The position numbers were made by a program, and so were the translations under genes. The notes beneath the pieces were generated by a model that was not told the DNA's origin, made no database searches, and saw only the letters and a program-made list of their open reading frames with translations. A DNA stretch of 35,488 nt from a virus (lineage: Duplodnaviria > Caudoviricetes), in the IMG/VR virus record IMGVR_UViG_3300032295_003689, positions 1 through 35,488 of that record. The stretch is one strand, 5' to 3'. Positions 1 through 9,224 of this stretch are shown here, piece by piece; the first letter of the stretch is position 1; each line of letters begins with the position of its first letter.

Positions 1-12
1 AGACGTTAAACC
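1..12 (+). repeat. Left copy of 12-nt terminal direct repeat AGACGTTAAACC (candidate cos cohesive end)
   Basis: Identical to 35477-35488. Confidence 0.85.
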
Positions 13-56
13 CGAACAGAGGGGCGGCTTTGCAAAAAGATTCCTTATCCCCCACC

Positions 57-301
57 GGAGTGACGGCACAAGCGTCACTCCACAAGCCCCATAAAACCAA
101 GGCCCCAGCCATCTTGTGACGGAGTGACAGCAGTTTAGACCACTTTCATTCTCCATTTTATATCCATAAATGGAAACGCGGCTTGGAGAAAGCAAAGCCA
201 TCAGCGAGCACGGCACAGCGTCACAAACCACGTTCCACATTGTAAGTTTAGGCGTTCCACGGTGACGGAGTGACGCCATCAGGTGCGTCACGCACCGTCA
301 C
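57..301. repeat. GTGACG iteron-like cluster with an AT-rich patch; candidate replication origin
   Basis: Nine GTGAC(G/A) copies in both orientations (60, 73, 116, 124, 219, 262, 270, 286, 296); GTGACGGAGTGAC twice; AT-rich ~141-176; non-coding, just downstream of the helicase gene. Confidence 0.5.
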
Positions 302-347
302 ATAAGCCGCATTTCCAATCTCGCGCCAATCGTGGGCGCAGTGCGGA

Positions 348-1997
348 TCAATTCATCGGCGGCGCTATTAGCCAGCCCTTCCAGCGATTCGTGTCCTTCT
401 TCTCCAGCCTCGCCCCACGCAGCGCCTCATCATCGTGCAATCGTCCCAGCAGCACCGAGCACTTGCTCGAATGCTGAAACAACTTCTTCGCCATAGTAGA
501 CACATTACACACGTAACCCGCCTCGCCTGTCAAAAGCATCTGCAGCGTCTCCGCTCGGCCCCACCACAGCTTCAGCGGTGCGCCACGGGCATCCGTCGCC
601 TCCTTGTCACCAGGGATGTCCCAAAGCGTCGCGTTGCTCACCTGCGGCCCCTCCTCGTCCGGCGACCATCCACCCTTACTGCTAAACGTCGCCATGTCGA
701 TCAGCCTCAGCAGCTCCGCATGCGGCGTATCATCAAAGAGCCCCTCCTTAATCACCGGCGCGTGATACTCACGGAAACCAAAGCGCGTTGCACTCCGGCC
801 GTCAGCGTAGCTCAGCATCTCCTCCGGGATCACGAACTCCGTCAGCAGCCAGTGCAAATAATGCGGCAATTCCTCCGCCATCTTCTCACGGAACCGCTTC
901 TGACTCTCGATGCTGTCCCGCTCGATGATCGGCAGCGGCACCTTCTTGCAGTGGAAAATCAACACCTTGTCCCCAAAATCCCCCGTGATCAGCGGCAGCG
1001 AGCGCAGCTTGTCCTTGTCATCGTTCACCGAGATTGTCAGCCGCCAATACGGGCTCACCGTGCACGGCTCCGTCCGCATCAGACGCATCCGCTGCGCCGG
1101 ATTCGCCACGACTTGCTTGATCTTCTCCGCCAGGCTCGTCCGATCCACCGTGCGCTGACTCGGCATAGGGATCTCCGACAGCATCAAGTGCTCCGCCGCA
1201 AACACATCCCCGTTAAACTCATCGCTCTCAAACAAAAACTTCGCCGGGTCTGCAAAGCGCCCATACCCACCCAGCAGCGGCGTGATGATCTGCTCCTGCA
1301 ACCTATTTTTCCCGCAACCCGCCGGCCCCGTCAAAATCAGCGCATGACCCGCCCGCCAGTGCCCAGGCTCACCCTCACGGATCGCCCGCGCCGCCACCTG
1401 GCACCACGCATGGAAAAACACCGACTGATCCACCCCGCCCTCCTCACGCCGATCCAGTAGCCCCTCGATCAGCTGACGCATGTGCGGCCACTCACCCGGC
1501 GTCGGCACCACCATCACCGGCTCATGTTTGACGAGCACCTTCTCGCCGCTGTCCAGCTCATGAATCCCACTCCGATACCCCGGTAGCGACGGCAAAACCG
1601 CATCCAGCGCCCTGTGCTCCCGCGCATGCAGCAGCACCTGCTTCGACTCGCTCAGCATCTCATTCTCACGCGCCTTGATCGCGATCATCCGCCCCGGCAG
1701 CGCCCGCATCCGGTCCACGCACGCATCCTTCGTCCACTGCGCCCAGCGTCTATCCGGCCCACGCATCAGGAACGCATCCCCGCGCTCATGATACCAGTAA
1801 AGGTTCATCTCCTCGCACACCTCCTGCGCGTTGAAAAATTTCGGCGCAGCAGCACCAGCACCCCCCTCAAAAGCAGCCTGCCCATCAGCCGTCGCCTTCA
1901 TGCGACCACGCCGCGGATTCGCGCCCTTCTCAGGCTTCGCTGATGCTTTCTTCGCCATAGTTTCTTCCTCGCCTTTGGTTGGTTGTTGGTTGCTCAC
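348..1997 (-). CDS. Primase-associated P-loop helicase/ATPase (DUF5906/D5-like)
   Basis: Walker A LILTGPAGCGKN, Walker B-like LMLSE, later ISVN motif; follows the primase; alternative ATG at 1958. Confidence 0.75.
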   Translation of the reverse strand: MSNQQPTKGEEETMAKKASAKPEKGANPRRGRMKATADGQAAFEGGAGAAAPKFFNAQEVCEEMNLYWYHERGDAFLMRGPDRRWAQWTKDACVDRMRALPGRMIAIKARENEMLSESKQVLLHAREHRALDAVLPSLPGYRSGIHELDSGEKVLVKHEPVMVVPTPGEWPHMRQLIEGLLDRREEGGVDQSVFFHAWCQVAARAIREGEPGHWRAGHALILTGPAGCGKNRLQEQIITPLLGGYGRFADPAKFLFESDEFNGDVFAAEHLMLSEIPMPSQRTVDRTSLAEKIKQVVANPAQRMRLMRTEPCTVSPYWRLTISVNDDKDKLRSLPLITGDFGDKVLIFHCKKVPLPIIERDSIESQKRFREKMAEELPHYLHWLLTEFVIPEEMLSYADGRSATRFGFREYHAPVIKEGLFDDTPHAELLRLIDMATFSSKGGWSPDEEGPQVSNATLWDIPGDKEATDARGAPLKLWWGRAETLQMLLTGEAGYVCNVSTMAKKLFQHSSKCSVLLGRLHDDEALRGARLEKKDTNRWKGWLIAPPMN

Positions 1998-2013
1998 TCA
2001 CTGCCCTGTCATT

Positions 2014-3282
2014 TCAAAAATCCCACGCCCGCGCCGCCGCCCGCACCTCCTCGCGGCCCAGCACCTCCGGCCCAGCGCGTATCAGATCATTCACATCCTT
2101 CACCGGCTTCCCCTCCGCATCGCACAGCCCCGGCTCGATCATCTCCACCGCCGCCGCATCGATCTCCCGCGCATACCAGCGAGCCAGCGACCCCGGCTCA
2201 TACACCGGCCCCACGAAAAACGACTCCACCGCCGCCCCCGCCCCCGTCAGCTGCTCCTCCCAGCGCAGCGCCGCCTCCATCCCCGGCACCTTACGCTTCA
2301 CCAGCCGGCCGTTGCTATCCGGCTCATTCGCATCCTTCAAAGCGTCCGCGTCCACCATGATCCGCACCCGACACCCCGCGAAATGCGCCAGCGACTCCTC
2401 ACGCATCCGGTTCCCCGCCCCCAGCATACACACCACCGCCACACGCTCCAGCATCCGCCAGCGCATCAGCAAATCATACGCCGCCAGCATATCCGGCCCG
2501 CCCTCCACCAGCAGCACACACTTCCGCCCGTTCATGCTCGCCGCCCCCAGCGGCCAATTCTTCCCCGCACAGCCCCACGCCTTGATCTCCCCACCGTCCT
2601 GCTTCGGATACAGCCCATTATCCAGCCGGCGAAACTCCGCCGTATTCCGCGTCTCATCGATCGCACACCAGCTCGGCCACGCCCCTGTCGTGCGATCCCG
2701 CCAAGCCCCATCACGCCCGCAAAACAGCGGCCAGCGCGAAAACGCCGCCCGCTGATGCACCCGAGCCGCCACCCAGATCGCCTCCGGATGGATCCCTCGA
2801 GCCGCGCCCAGCTCCGCGCACTCCTCTTTGCGCAGGTGACGCAGAGGCGGCATCTGCGGCCGCACCGTCTCCACATCAGACCGCCTTTCCGGCTGCTGAG
2901 TCCGCTTCACCTCCGGCCGCGTCCACTCCACACCCTCACCCACCGGCACATGCGCCAGCGATGCCAGATCCATCACCGCCGCCTTAAAATCACAGCCCCG
3001 CCGCTCCATCCAAAACGCAAACACATCCCCATCCCAGCCACAGCCAAAGCAGTGCCCCCGATGCTTAAACCCCTTCTTCCCCCCGATATTAAACGATCCC
3101 GACTTCTCCGTGTGAAACGGACAACACGCCACCCACAGCCCCGCCCCCGCCTTCTTCATCGCCACCCCATCCCACTCCGCCACCTGGCGGAAATCCACCC
3201 GGCTCAGAATGTCAGCTTTGATGTCCTCCCAATCGCGCATGGTCGTCAGTTCTTCGTTCTTCGTTCGTTGTTCACGCTTCAT
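2014..3282 (-). CDS. DNA primase (CHC2 zinc finger + TOPRIM)
   Basis: CCPFHTEKSGSF...HCFGCGWDGDV zinc finger; LLVEGGPD and MVDAD TOPRIM motifs; KDVND near the C-terminus; true start may be 3240 (MRDWED). Confidence 0.88.
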   Translation of the reverse strand: MKREQRTKNEELTTMRDWEDIKADILSRVDFRQVAEWDGVAMKKAGAGLWVACCPFHTEKSGSFNIGGKKGFKHRGHCFGCGWDGDVFAFWMERRGCDFKAAVMDLASLAHVPVGEGVEWTRPEVKRTQQPERRSDVETVRPQMPPLRHLRKEECAELGAARGIHPEAIWVAARVHQRAAFSRWPLFCGRDGAWRDRTTGAWPSWCAIDETRNTAEFRRLDNGLYPKQDGGEIKAWGCAGKNWPLGAASMNGRKCVLLVEGGPDMLAAYDLLMRWRMLERVAVVCMLGAGNRMREESLAHFAGCRVRIMVDADALKDANEPDSNGRLVKRKVPGMEAALRWEEQLTGAGAAVESFFVGPVYEPGSLARWYAREIDAAAVEMIEPGLCDAEGKPVKDVNDLIRAGPEVLGREEVRAAARAWDF

Positions 3283-3288
3283 CGTGCC

Positions 3289-5535
3289 TCATGCCGCCAG
3301 CCTCACCGCGCTCATCTCGCGGCTCACCGTCTCAAACAGATCACCCTGCATCGTCACGCTGCGCAGATTCGTGCACGCTTGGTCAAAATAGCTCTTCTTC
3401 AGCTCGCTCCCCACGAATCGACGCCCAGCCTTCACCGCGCAGAAACCCTCGCTCCCGATCCCCGCGAAAGGTGAGTAAACCAGATCACCCGCATTGCTCC
3501 ACATCATCAGCGCCCGGTTGATCACATCCAGTTGCAGCGGGCAGATGTGCCGCTCATCACCCTGCTCACGTGCCCCTTGCCCGTTCAGCACATTCCCTTG
3601 GTCCACCGTCATCCACACCGGGCTCGCCACCTCCTGCCACAGATCCAGCGGAAAATCCGCCGGCGAATGCGTGATCGGCCGCGGATTCTCCCCACGCTTC
3701 CGAAACACCAGCAGATAATCCGGCGCACCCACTCGCGACGCCGCGCTGTCCTTTTGCAGCGTCTTGTAGAGCAGACCGTGCGCCTTCGTCCGCTGCATCT
3801 CCGTCACTGGACTCTTCCAGATCGTGATCCGGCTGTGAAACAAAAACCCGCGCGCCCGGAAAGCCTGCACGATCATCCCGCTGAAATCCTTCAGCTCGAT
3901 CGCCCCGTCCTTCCACTTCGTCGCCAGCAGATCGCAGCAATGCACACACACTTCACGGCCTGGCATCATCACCCGCTCGATCTCATCCACCAGGAATCCG
4001 AAATGCTGCATGAACTCCTCCACGTTCGCGCAGTTCCCCATGTCCTGCGCATCATCCGAATACGTGAAGAGATCCGCAAACGGCGGCGAAAAAACCGCCA
4101 TCCCCACGCTCTCATCCGCGATCTCCGCCGCCGCACGCACACAATCGCCGTGCCACATCTTCCACTTATCATCACAATCAAAATCCAGAGTCGTCTTCAT
4201 TTTCAGGTCTTGTTTTTGGTTTAGAAATTCCCCCGCGTAGCGCTGCATCTCCCGGTGCATGTCCTCGTGCTGCGCCATCTTCCGGCTGATCGCCTTAAAC
4301 ACCGCCACATCCGCCGCCGTGCAGATGCACCGCACATGCACCGGCCGCTTCTGCCCAAAGCGCCAGCACCGCCGCACCGTTTGATAGATGTCCTCAAACG
4401 AATAAGTCACCCCCACGTAGATCACATCCGCGCAGTGCTGCCAGTTCAGTCCAAAACCCGCGATGTCCGGCTTCGTCACCATGATCCGCCGCTCCCCATG
4501 CGTGAACATCGCCAGCTTCGTCCGCTTGTGCTCACGCTTGTCACAGCCCCGCACCTCCACCGTCTGCTCCGGTGGCAGCAGATCCAGCAGCAGATCCGCC
4601 TCATCATTCAGATCACACCAGATGATCACCGGCCCCTCGCATCCCATCGCGATCTCCACCGCCTTCTCGCAGCGTTGCTGCAAAGTGCGGCGCTTCTCAC
4701 CCTTCACATCCGTCGCGCTCAGCGCACCCGCCACCGCGATCAGCTCACCCTCCTTCACCGGCAGATCACCCGCATCCACCTCGATCGTCTCCATCGTCAG
4801 CGGCGGCAGATCATAGCCCGCGCAGTCATAGCCCAGGTCACGCGGATGACTCACACACGCAGCCCACGACGCCACCCAGCGCCAGAAATCATTCTTCGCA
4901 TGCTTCTTCAGCCGCCAGTCGCCCGTGTTCGCCGTATCATTGATAAACCACGTCGCCAGCATCTGCGGAGCCGTCATCACCCCGAGAAACTCCGCATGAT
5001 TCCCCAGCTCCATCAGATCATTCGGTGAAGGCGTCGCCGTGCATGCCAGCTTGTAAGGCGTCCGCGCAAACACCCGCGTGATCTCCCCGCGCGTCTTCCC
5101 GTTGAACGCCTTCAAGATGCTCGATTCATCCAGCACGATCCCCGCCAGCCGCGGCACCACCTCCTCAAACAGCTCCAGCCGGTCATAGTTCGTGATGCAC
5201 ACACCCTGCGCAGGCACATCCTCCGGCTGCATGCACAGCTTCACCTCCACGCCAAACTTCCGGCCCTCCTCCACCGTCTGCTCCGCCACCGCCAGCGGAG
5301 CCAGGATCATCACCACCCCCTTCGTCTGTCTCGCCACCTGCGAGGCCCACTCCAGTTGTTGCAGCGTCTTCCCCAGCCCGCAGTCCTCAAACAGCGCACA
5401 GCGCCCCTTCCGCACCGCCCACGCGATCACCTTCGCTTGCCAATCAAACGCAGGCACCACCATCGGCAGCGGCTCAAACCCCGCATCCACCGGCCTCATC
5501 AGCTTCGACTTCAAAAACGCATCGTAGTTGCTCAT
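3289..5535 (-). CDS. SNF2-like helicase fused to a beta-class N4/N6 DNA methyltransferase
   Basis: DCGLGKT, LDESS, TATP, GFGLNWQ and RRCWRFGQ helicase motifs; then HGDC, FSPPF catalytic motif and YSPFAGIGS SAM-binding motif. Confidence 0.88.
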   Translation of the reverse strand: MSNYDAFLKSKLMRPVDAGFEPLPMVVPAFDWQAKVIAWAVRKGRCALFEDCGLGKTLQQLEWASQVARQTKGVVMILAPLAVAEQTVEEGRKFGVEVKLCMQPEDVPAQGVCITNYDRLELFEEVVPRLAGIVLDESSILKAFNGKTRGEITRVFARTPYKLACTATPSPNDLMELGNHAEFLGVMTAPQMLATWFINDTANTGDWRLKKHAKNDFWRWVASWAACVSHPRDLGYDCAGYDLPPLTMETIEVDAGDLPVKEGELIAVAGALSATDVKGEKRRTLQQRCEKAVEIAMGCEGPVIIWCDLNDEADLLLDLLPPEQTVEVRGCDKREHKRTKLAMFTHGERRIMVTKPDIAGFGLNWQHCADVIYVGVTYSFEDIYQTVRRCWRFGQKRPVHVRCICTAADVAVFKAISRKMAQHEDMHREMQRYAGEFLNQKQDLKMKTTLDFDCDDKWKMWHGDCVRAAAEIADESVGMAVFSPPFADLFTYSDDAQDMGNCANVEEFMQHFGFLVDEIERVMMPGREVCVHCCDLLATKWKDGAIELKDFSGMIVQAFRARGFLFHSRITIWKSPVTEMQRTKAHGLLYKTLQKDSAASRVGAPDYLLVFRKRGENPRPITHSPADFPLDLWQEVASPVWMTVDQGNVLNGQGAREQGDERHICPLQLDVINRALMMWSNAGDLVYSPFAGIGSEGFCAVKAGRRFVGSELKKSYFDQACTNLRSVTMQGDLFETVSREMSAVRLAA

Positions 5536-5585
5536 AAAATTCTCAGTTCTCAGTTCTCAGTTCCCCGTCATTCAGGTCAATCCGG

Positions 5586-7052
5586 TCACTCCGCCGTCCC
5601 CAGCGCCCCCTCCACCACGCCCAGCCCCTCCTCATCCTCCGCGCACAGCGCCAGCGCCACGCACGCCAGCAGGCACCATCGCAGCCCCTTCCGCTTCACC
5701 CCGTCGCGGTTCAGCTCACCCATGAGGCTCGCATAGCTCTCGCTCGGCAGGATCTCCGCCAGCGCCTCCCATTGCGACCCCATCAGCGCCTCCCACAGCG
5801 CATTCTGCATCGCCGCCTCCGGCTTCAGCATCAGCGCCCCATGCACCTTCCGCCACCGCACCTCGTCGAAAACAGCCCCCGCAGCCTCAGAGGTCAGATC
5901 CTCAGCCTTATCCAAAATCTGTGGGCCTCCCTGAATCTGTGGGAAATCCTCCCCTTCCTCATTCGTCATTCCTCCTTCCTCATTCCGCTGCTGCGCCGCG
6001 GCCTTCCCCCGTCCCCGCAGCACCTTCTCCGCGCTCGTGCTATCCGCATCCTTCACCGCGCTCACCTTCACCACCAGCACATGCTCCTCCTTGCGCGCCA
6101 TCGCTGGGGCCAAATGCCACGGCACCCCCAGGCTCAGCGCCAGCGCACCCCACGTCATCGGCTCCCCCGGCTTCACCAGCAGCCCATCCTCGATGTGCTC
6201 CTCACACAGCGCATACGCACTTTGCGGCAGCGCCTCGCTCATCACGAACTGCTCCCGATCCTCCCACTCCACCACATCGATCAGCCCCGCATCCATCCCA
6301 TCCGCCACCATCTTCCGCTTCAGCTTGATCGACTCCACCGCCCACTTCTTCCGCCAGCGCTCCGGCTTCAGGAATTGATTCTCGATATACACCCGCGCCT
6401 GCCCCTCCGTCATCGGCTCCTGCGTGATCGGATTGTTCAGCACCCCATCCATCGCCAGCTCCATCTGCTCCTTCGACAGCTGCCGCATCAGCCCCGCCGT
6501 CCCCAGCGCCAGCTTGCCCCTGTAAACCGCCTCCTGCACCCGATGCGGCAGCGTCCCCAGATCCAGGTAAAGCTGCACCGTCTCCGCGCTCCGGTGCATC
6601 ACCCCGATCAAGCGCTCCTTCTCGATCCCCATCTCCATCGCCGTGCGCGACGCCTTCGCCAGTTCCCGAGCATCAAACGGATCCGCCCCCTGCTGCATCG
6701 TGATCAAATGCAAAAACGCCTCACTCTCATCAAACGGCCACACCTTCGCCCACAGCGCGGCAAATTGCTCGCGCTTCGCATACACAAATGCCGCCACTGA
6801 AGATGTCGCATCCAGTTGGCGATCCAGCCGCTCCAAAATCATCTCTGCCGCCTTCCGCCGACGGTGCCCCTGCATCAGCCTCAGCACCCCCTGCGCATCG
6901 CGGAACACATGCACATCCTCCCGGATGCCCTCCTCATAAAGCTGGTCCGCAAAGCTCTCCATCTCCCGCAGCTCACCCCCGCGCGGATTCCGCGCCCAGG
7001 GCTCGATGAGTTTCAGCGGGATCAATTCTCTCGTCGGTTCAATCGTCTTCAT
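5586..7052 (-). CDS. ParB/Srx N-terminal-domain protein
   Basis: IPLKLIEPWARNPR...GIREDVHV...LMQGHRRRKAA arginine patch, followed by an HTH-like region. Confidence 0.7.
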   Translation of the reverse strand: MKTIEPTRELIPLKLIEPWARNPRGGELREMESFADQLYEEGIREDVHVFRDAQGVLRLMQGHRRRKAAEMILERLDRQLDATSSVAAFVYAKREQFAALWAKVWPFDESEAFLHLITMQQGADPFDARELAKASRTAMEMGIEKERLIGVMHRSAETVQLYLDLGTLPHRVQEAVYRGKLALGTAGLMRQLSKEQMELAMDGVLNNPITQEPMTEGQARVYIENQFLKPERWRKKWAVESIKLKRKMVADGMDAGLIDVVEWEDREQFVMSEALPQSAYALCEEHIEDGLLVKPGEPMTWGALALSLGVPWHLAPAMARKEEHVLVVKVSAVKDADSTSAEKVLRGRGKAAAQQRNEEGGMTNEEGEDFPQIQGGPQILDKAEDLTSEAAGAVFDEVRWRKVHGALMLKPEAAMQNALWEALMGSQWEALAEILPSESYASLMGELNRDGVKRKGLRWCLLACVALALCAEDEEGLGVVEGALGTAE

Positions 7053-7083
7053 TGTTCGTCGTTCTTGGTTCGTTGTTCGTTGT

Positions 7084-7836
7084 TCACGCTTCAGCGTGTC
7101 TCCCCGTCTCCGGGTCTCCCTGTCTCAAAGTCTTCTTCTTCCGATTCTGCTTCCCCTTCATCGCCACGCTCAGCGCCTCCCGGCAGTGCGAGCGCTTCAT
7201 AAACCAAAACTCCCCGGTGCCCTTCCGACCGCTCACCCGCTGCGCCCGGTGCACCATCTCCAAAACGAGGCTCTGCATCGCCGCACTGATTGCGCTGCGC
7301 TTGTTTGTCGCCGTCAGCCCGATCGCCTCCCCCATCGTCGAAAAACTCCGCGCGATCGGCGGCCTCACCGATTCATCCGGCACAAACGCATACACCAGGC
7401 ACAGCGCCCGCTTGCCCACCTCGCGCTCGCTCCAGCCCTTCGCCGTCAGCATCTCCACCAGCAGCCGGCCGCTCACATGCTCCCACTCCACCGCCTCGCA
7501 GCGACTCATCGCCGCCCGCACCGCCGCCCAATCCTTCCGCCCATGCCACACCTCCCGGTCCAGCAGATCCGGAGCCAGATACGAAACCACCACCGCCAAC
7601 CGGTCCCGGATCTCCCGCACGCACGTCACCCCCGTCGTGATCGCCATCACCATCGAAATCAGACACCGCGCCCTCTCCAGCCCATCACCTCTCACCCCTG
7701 ACGTCTCACGTCTCACCCTCTCATCCTCCATCTCCATCACCACCTCATCCGGCGCACGCACATGCAGCGCATCAAAGCCCATGCTAAAGGCCTCCTCCTG
7801 CGCGATGTCGTGAAACTCGTTCGTAAATGCGTTCAT
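7084..7836 (-). CDS. Hypothetical protein with a possible sigma-region-4-like HTH
   Basis: Long ORF within the operon; segment SFSTMGEAIGLT...RSAISAAM resembles an HTH. Confidence 0.55.
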   Translation of the reverse strand: MNAFTNEFHDIAQEEAFSMGFDALHVRAPDEVVMEMEDERVRRETSGVRGDGLERARCLISMVMAITTGVTCVREIRDRLAVVVSYLAPDLLDREVWHGRKDWAAVRAAMSRCEAVEWEHVSGRLLVEMLTAKGWSEREVGKRALCLVYAFVPDESVRPPIARSFSTMGEAIGLTATNKRSAISAAMQSLVLEMVHRAQRVSGRKGTGEFWFMKRSHCREALSVAMKGKQNRKKKTLRQGDPETGRHAEA

Positions 7837-7888
7837 TCTCGGTTCTCAGTTGCTCGTCATTAAGGTCATTCCGGTCATTGATGTCCCC

Positions 7889-8188
7889 TCAAAGCAGCCA
7901 CCCCCATCGCTGCTCCAGTCGCCGCGCCTGCTGGCGCATGCGCTCCTCACACGCCGTGATGATGTTCGCGCAGGCCAGCAGGCAGCTCTTCGCCGTCATT
8001 AGCTCCAGGCTCAGCGTCATCTTGTCCGCCGCGCTCACCTCCGGCAGTTCCAGCAGCTCCTTGATCAGCCGCACCTGCTCACCCCACTCCTCCATCTTCG
8101 CGCGAGCCTCCATCAGCTCCCGCATTGGATGATCCCGCACCGCCACCGTCGCCGGCGCTTTCGTCTGGTCGATCAAAAAGCTCATCAC
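7889..8188 (-). CDS. Hypothetical helical protein
   Basis: Start overlaps the stop of the upstream gene; consistent codon style. Confidence 0.6.
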   Translation of the reverse strand: MMSFLIDQTKAPATVAVRDHPMRELMEARAKMEEWGEQVRLIKELLELPEVSAADKMTLSLELMTAKSCLLACANIITACEERMRQQARRLEQRWGWLL

Positions 8189-8526
8189 GCCGCCCTCCTT
8201 CCCATCTCCGACTTCACCGCCTCAAACACCATCTCCACGCACGCGCGCAGGTGCGTCAGACCCGGATCACTCCGCGTCACCGCCCCCGCATTCGCCGCAG
8301 CGATCTCCGCCTGCAGCTCCTCCACGCTCATGAAGGCTCCCTCGCCCGTGTGCTTCTTCTTCAGCCAGCGATGCAGCCCATGCAGCGTGATCTTCCGCAC
8401 CGTCTCCGCCGCCCCAGGCAGCTTCACATACGGCAGCGCCTCCTCCTCCATCATGCGCGACACCTCCCGTGCGCGGCAGTTAAAATACCGCGCGATGTCC
8501 GCGATCGTGTAAAGCCCTGCGCTCAT
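8185..8526 (-). CDS. HTH_17/excisionase-like DNA-binding protein
   Basis: LYTIADIARYFNCRAREVSRMMEEEALPYVKLPG winged-HTH pattern. Confidence 0.65.
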   Translation of the reverse strand: MSAGLYTIADIARYFNCRAREVSRMMEEEALPYVKLPGAAETVRKITLHGLHRWLKKKHTGEGAFMSVEELQAEIAAANAGAVTRSDPGLTHLRACVEMVFEAVKSEMGRRAA

Positions 8527-8753
8527 GGTTCAGTTCCTCCCTTTTCAGTTTTCAGTTCCTCCATCTCAGCCCGTGCGCGGATACACTCCCCCTCCACCGT
8601 CCCCGCCGCCACGCTCGTCACCACCAGCAGCGTCTGCATCTGCGCATCGTCCACCGACGCACTCCGCACCGTCCGCAGCGCCGCATCCATCTGCATCACC
8701 ATCACCGGCATTCCATCCGGCCCCGTGATCGTCATCGTGTAATCCGAGCTCAT
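8523..8753 (-). CDS. Hypothetical protein
   Basis: ATGA overlaps with neighbours at both ends. Confidence 0.55.
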   Translation of the reverse strand: MSSDYTMTITGPDGMPVMVMQMDAALRTVRSASVDDAQMQTLLVVTSVAAGTVEGECIRARAEMEELKTEKGGTEP

Positions 8754-9214
8754 CGCGCGGCTCCTTTCTCCCCGCGGCCATTCCACGCGGCATTCGTGCC
8801 CGCATACGGATTCCACTCATCATCCGCATACGCCTCCCCCAGCTCCAGCGCCTCCGCGTTCTCAAACCACCGGCGCAGCTTGCGTTCCCGTGCCGCATTC
8901 GCCACCAGCATCACCACGATGATCACACACAGCGACCCGATCAGGTAGCACAGCGCCACATCCGTCGCCCGCCACGGAGCCTCCATCGGCTCCGCATACG
9001 GCACCGCCTCCGCCGCCTTCCCCGCGCTCCAAGCCGCCCCACAGATCGCCGAAAGCCCCAGCAGCCGCAGCGCCTTCCAAAGCGTCGAACGCCAGTTATT
9101 CCGCACACAGCGCGGCCGGAATCTCTCCAGCCTCACCAGTTCACACATTCTCAGTTCACGATGCATTGTCATAAAATTTTCAGTTCCTCCATTTTCAGTT
9201 TTCAGTTCCTCCAT
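8750..9214 (-). CDS. Hypothetical membrane protein
   Basis: Two hydrophobic segments (ALRLLGLSAICGAAW; VALCYLIGSLCVIIVVMLVA); start uncertain. Confidence 0.6.
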   Translation of the reverse strand: MEELKTENGGTENFMTMHRELRMCELVRLERFRPRCVRNNWRSTLWKALRLLGLSAICGAAWSAGKAAEAVPYAEPMEAPWRATDVALCYLIGSLCVIIVVMLVANAARERKLRRWFENAEALELGEAYADDEWNPYAGTNAAWNGRGEKGAAR

Positions 9215-9224
9215 CTTCTCGGCC

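Noticed and set aside
528-533. TTGACA on the minus strand inside the helicase gene
   Set aside because: Lacks the following C, has no nearby start codon and lies in coding sequence; may be chance
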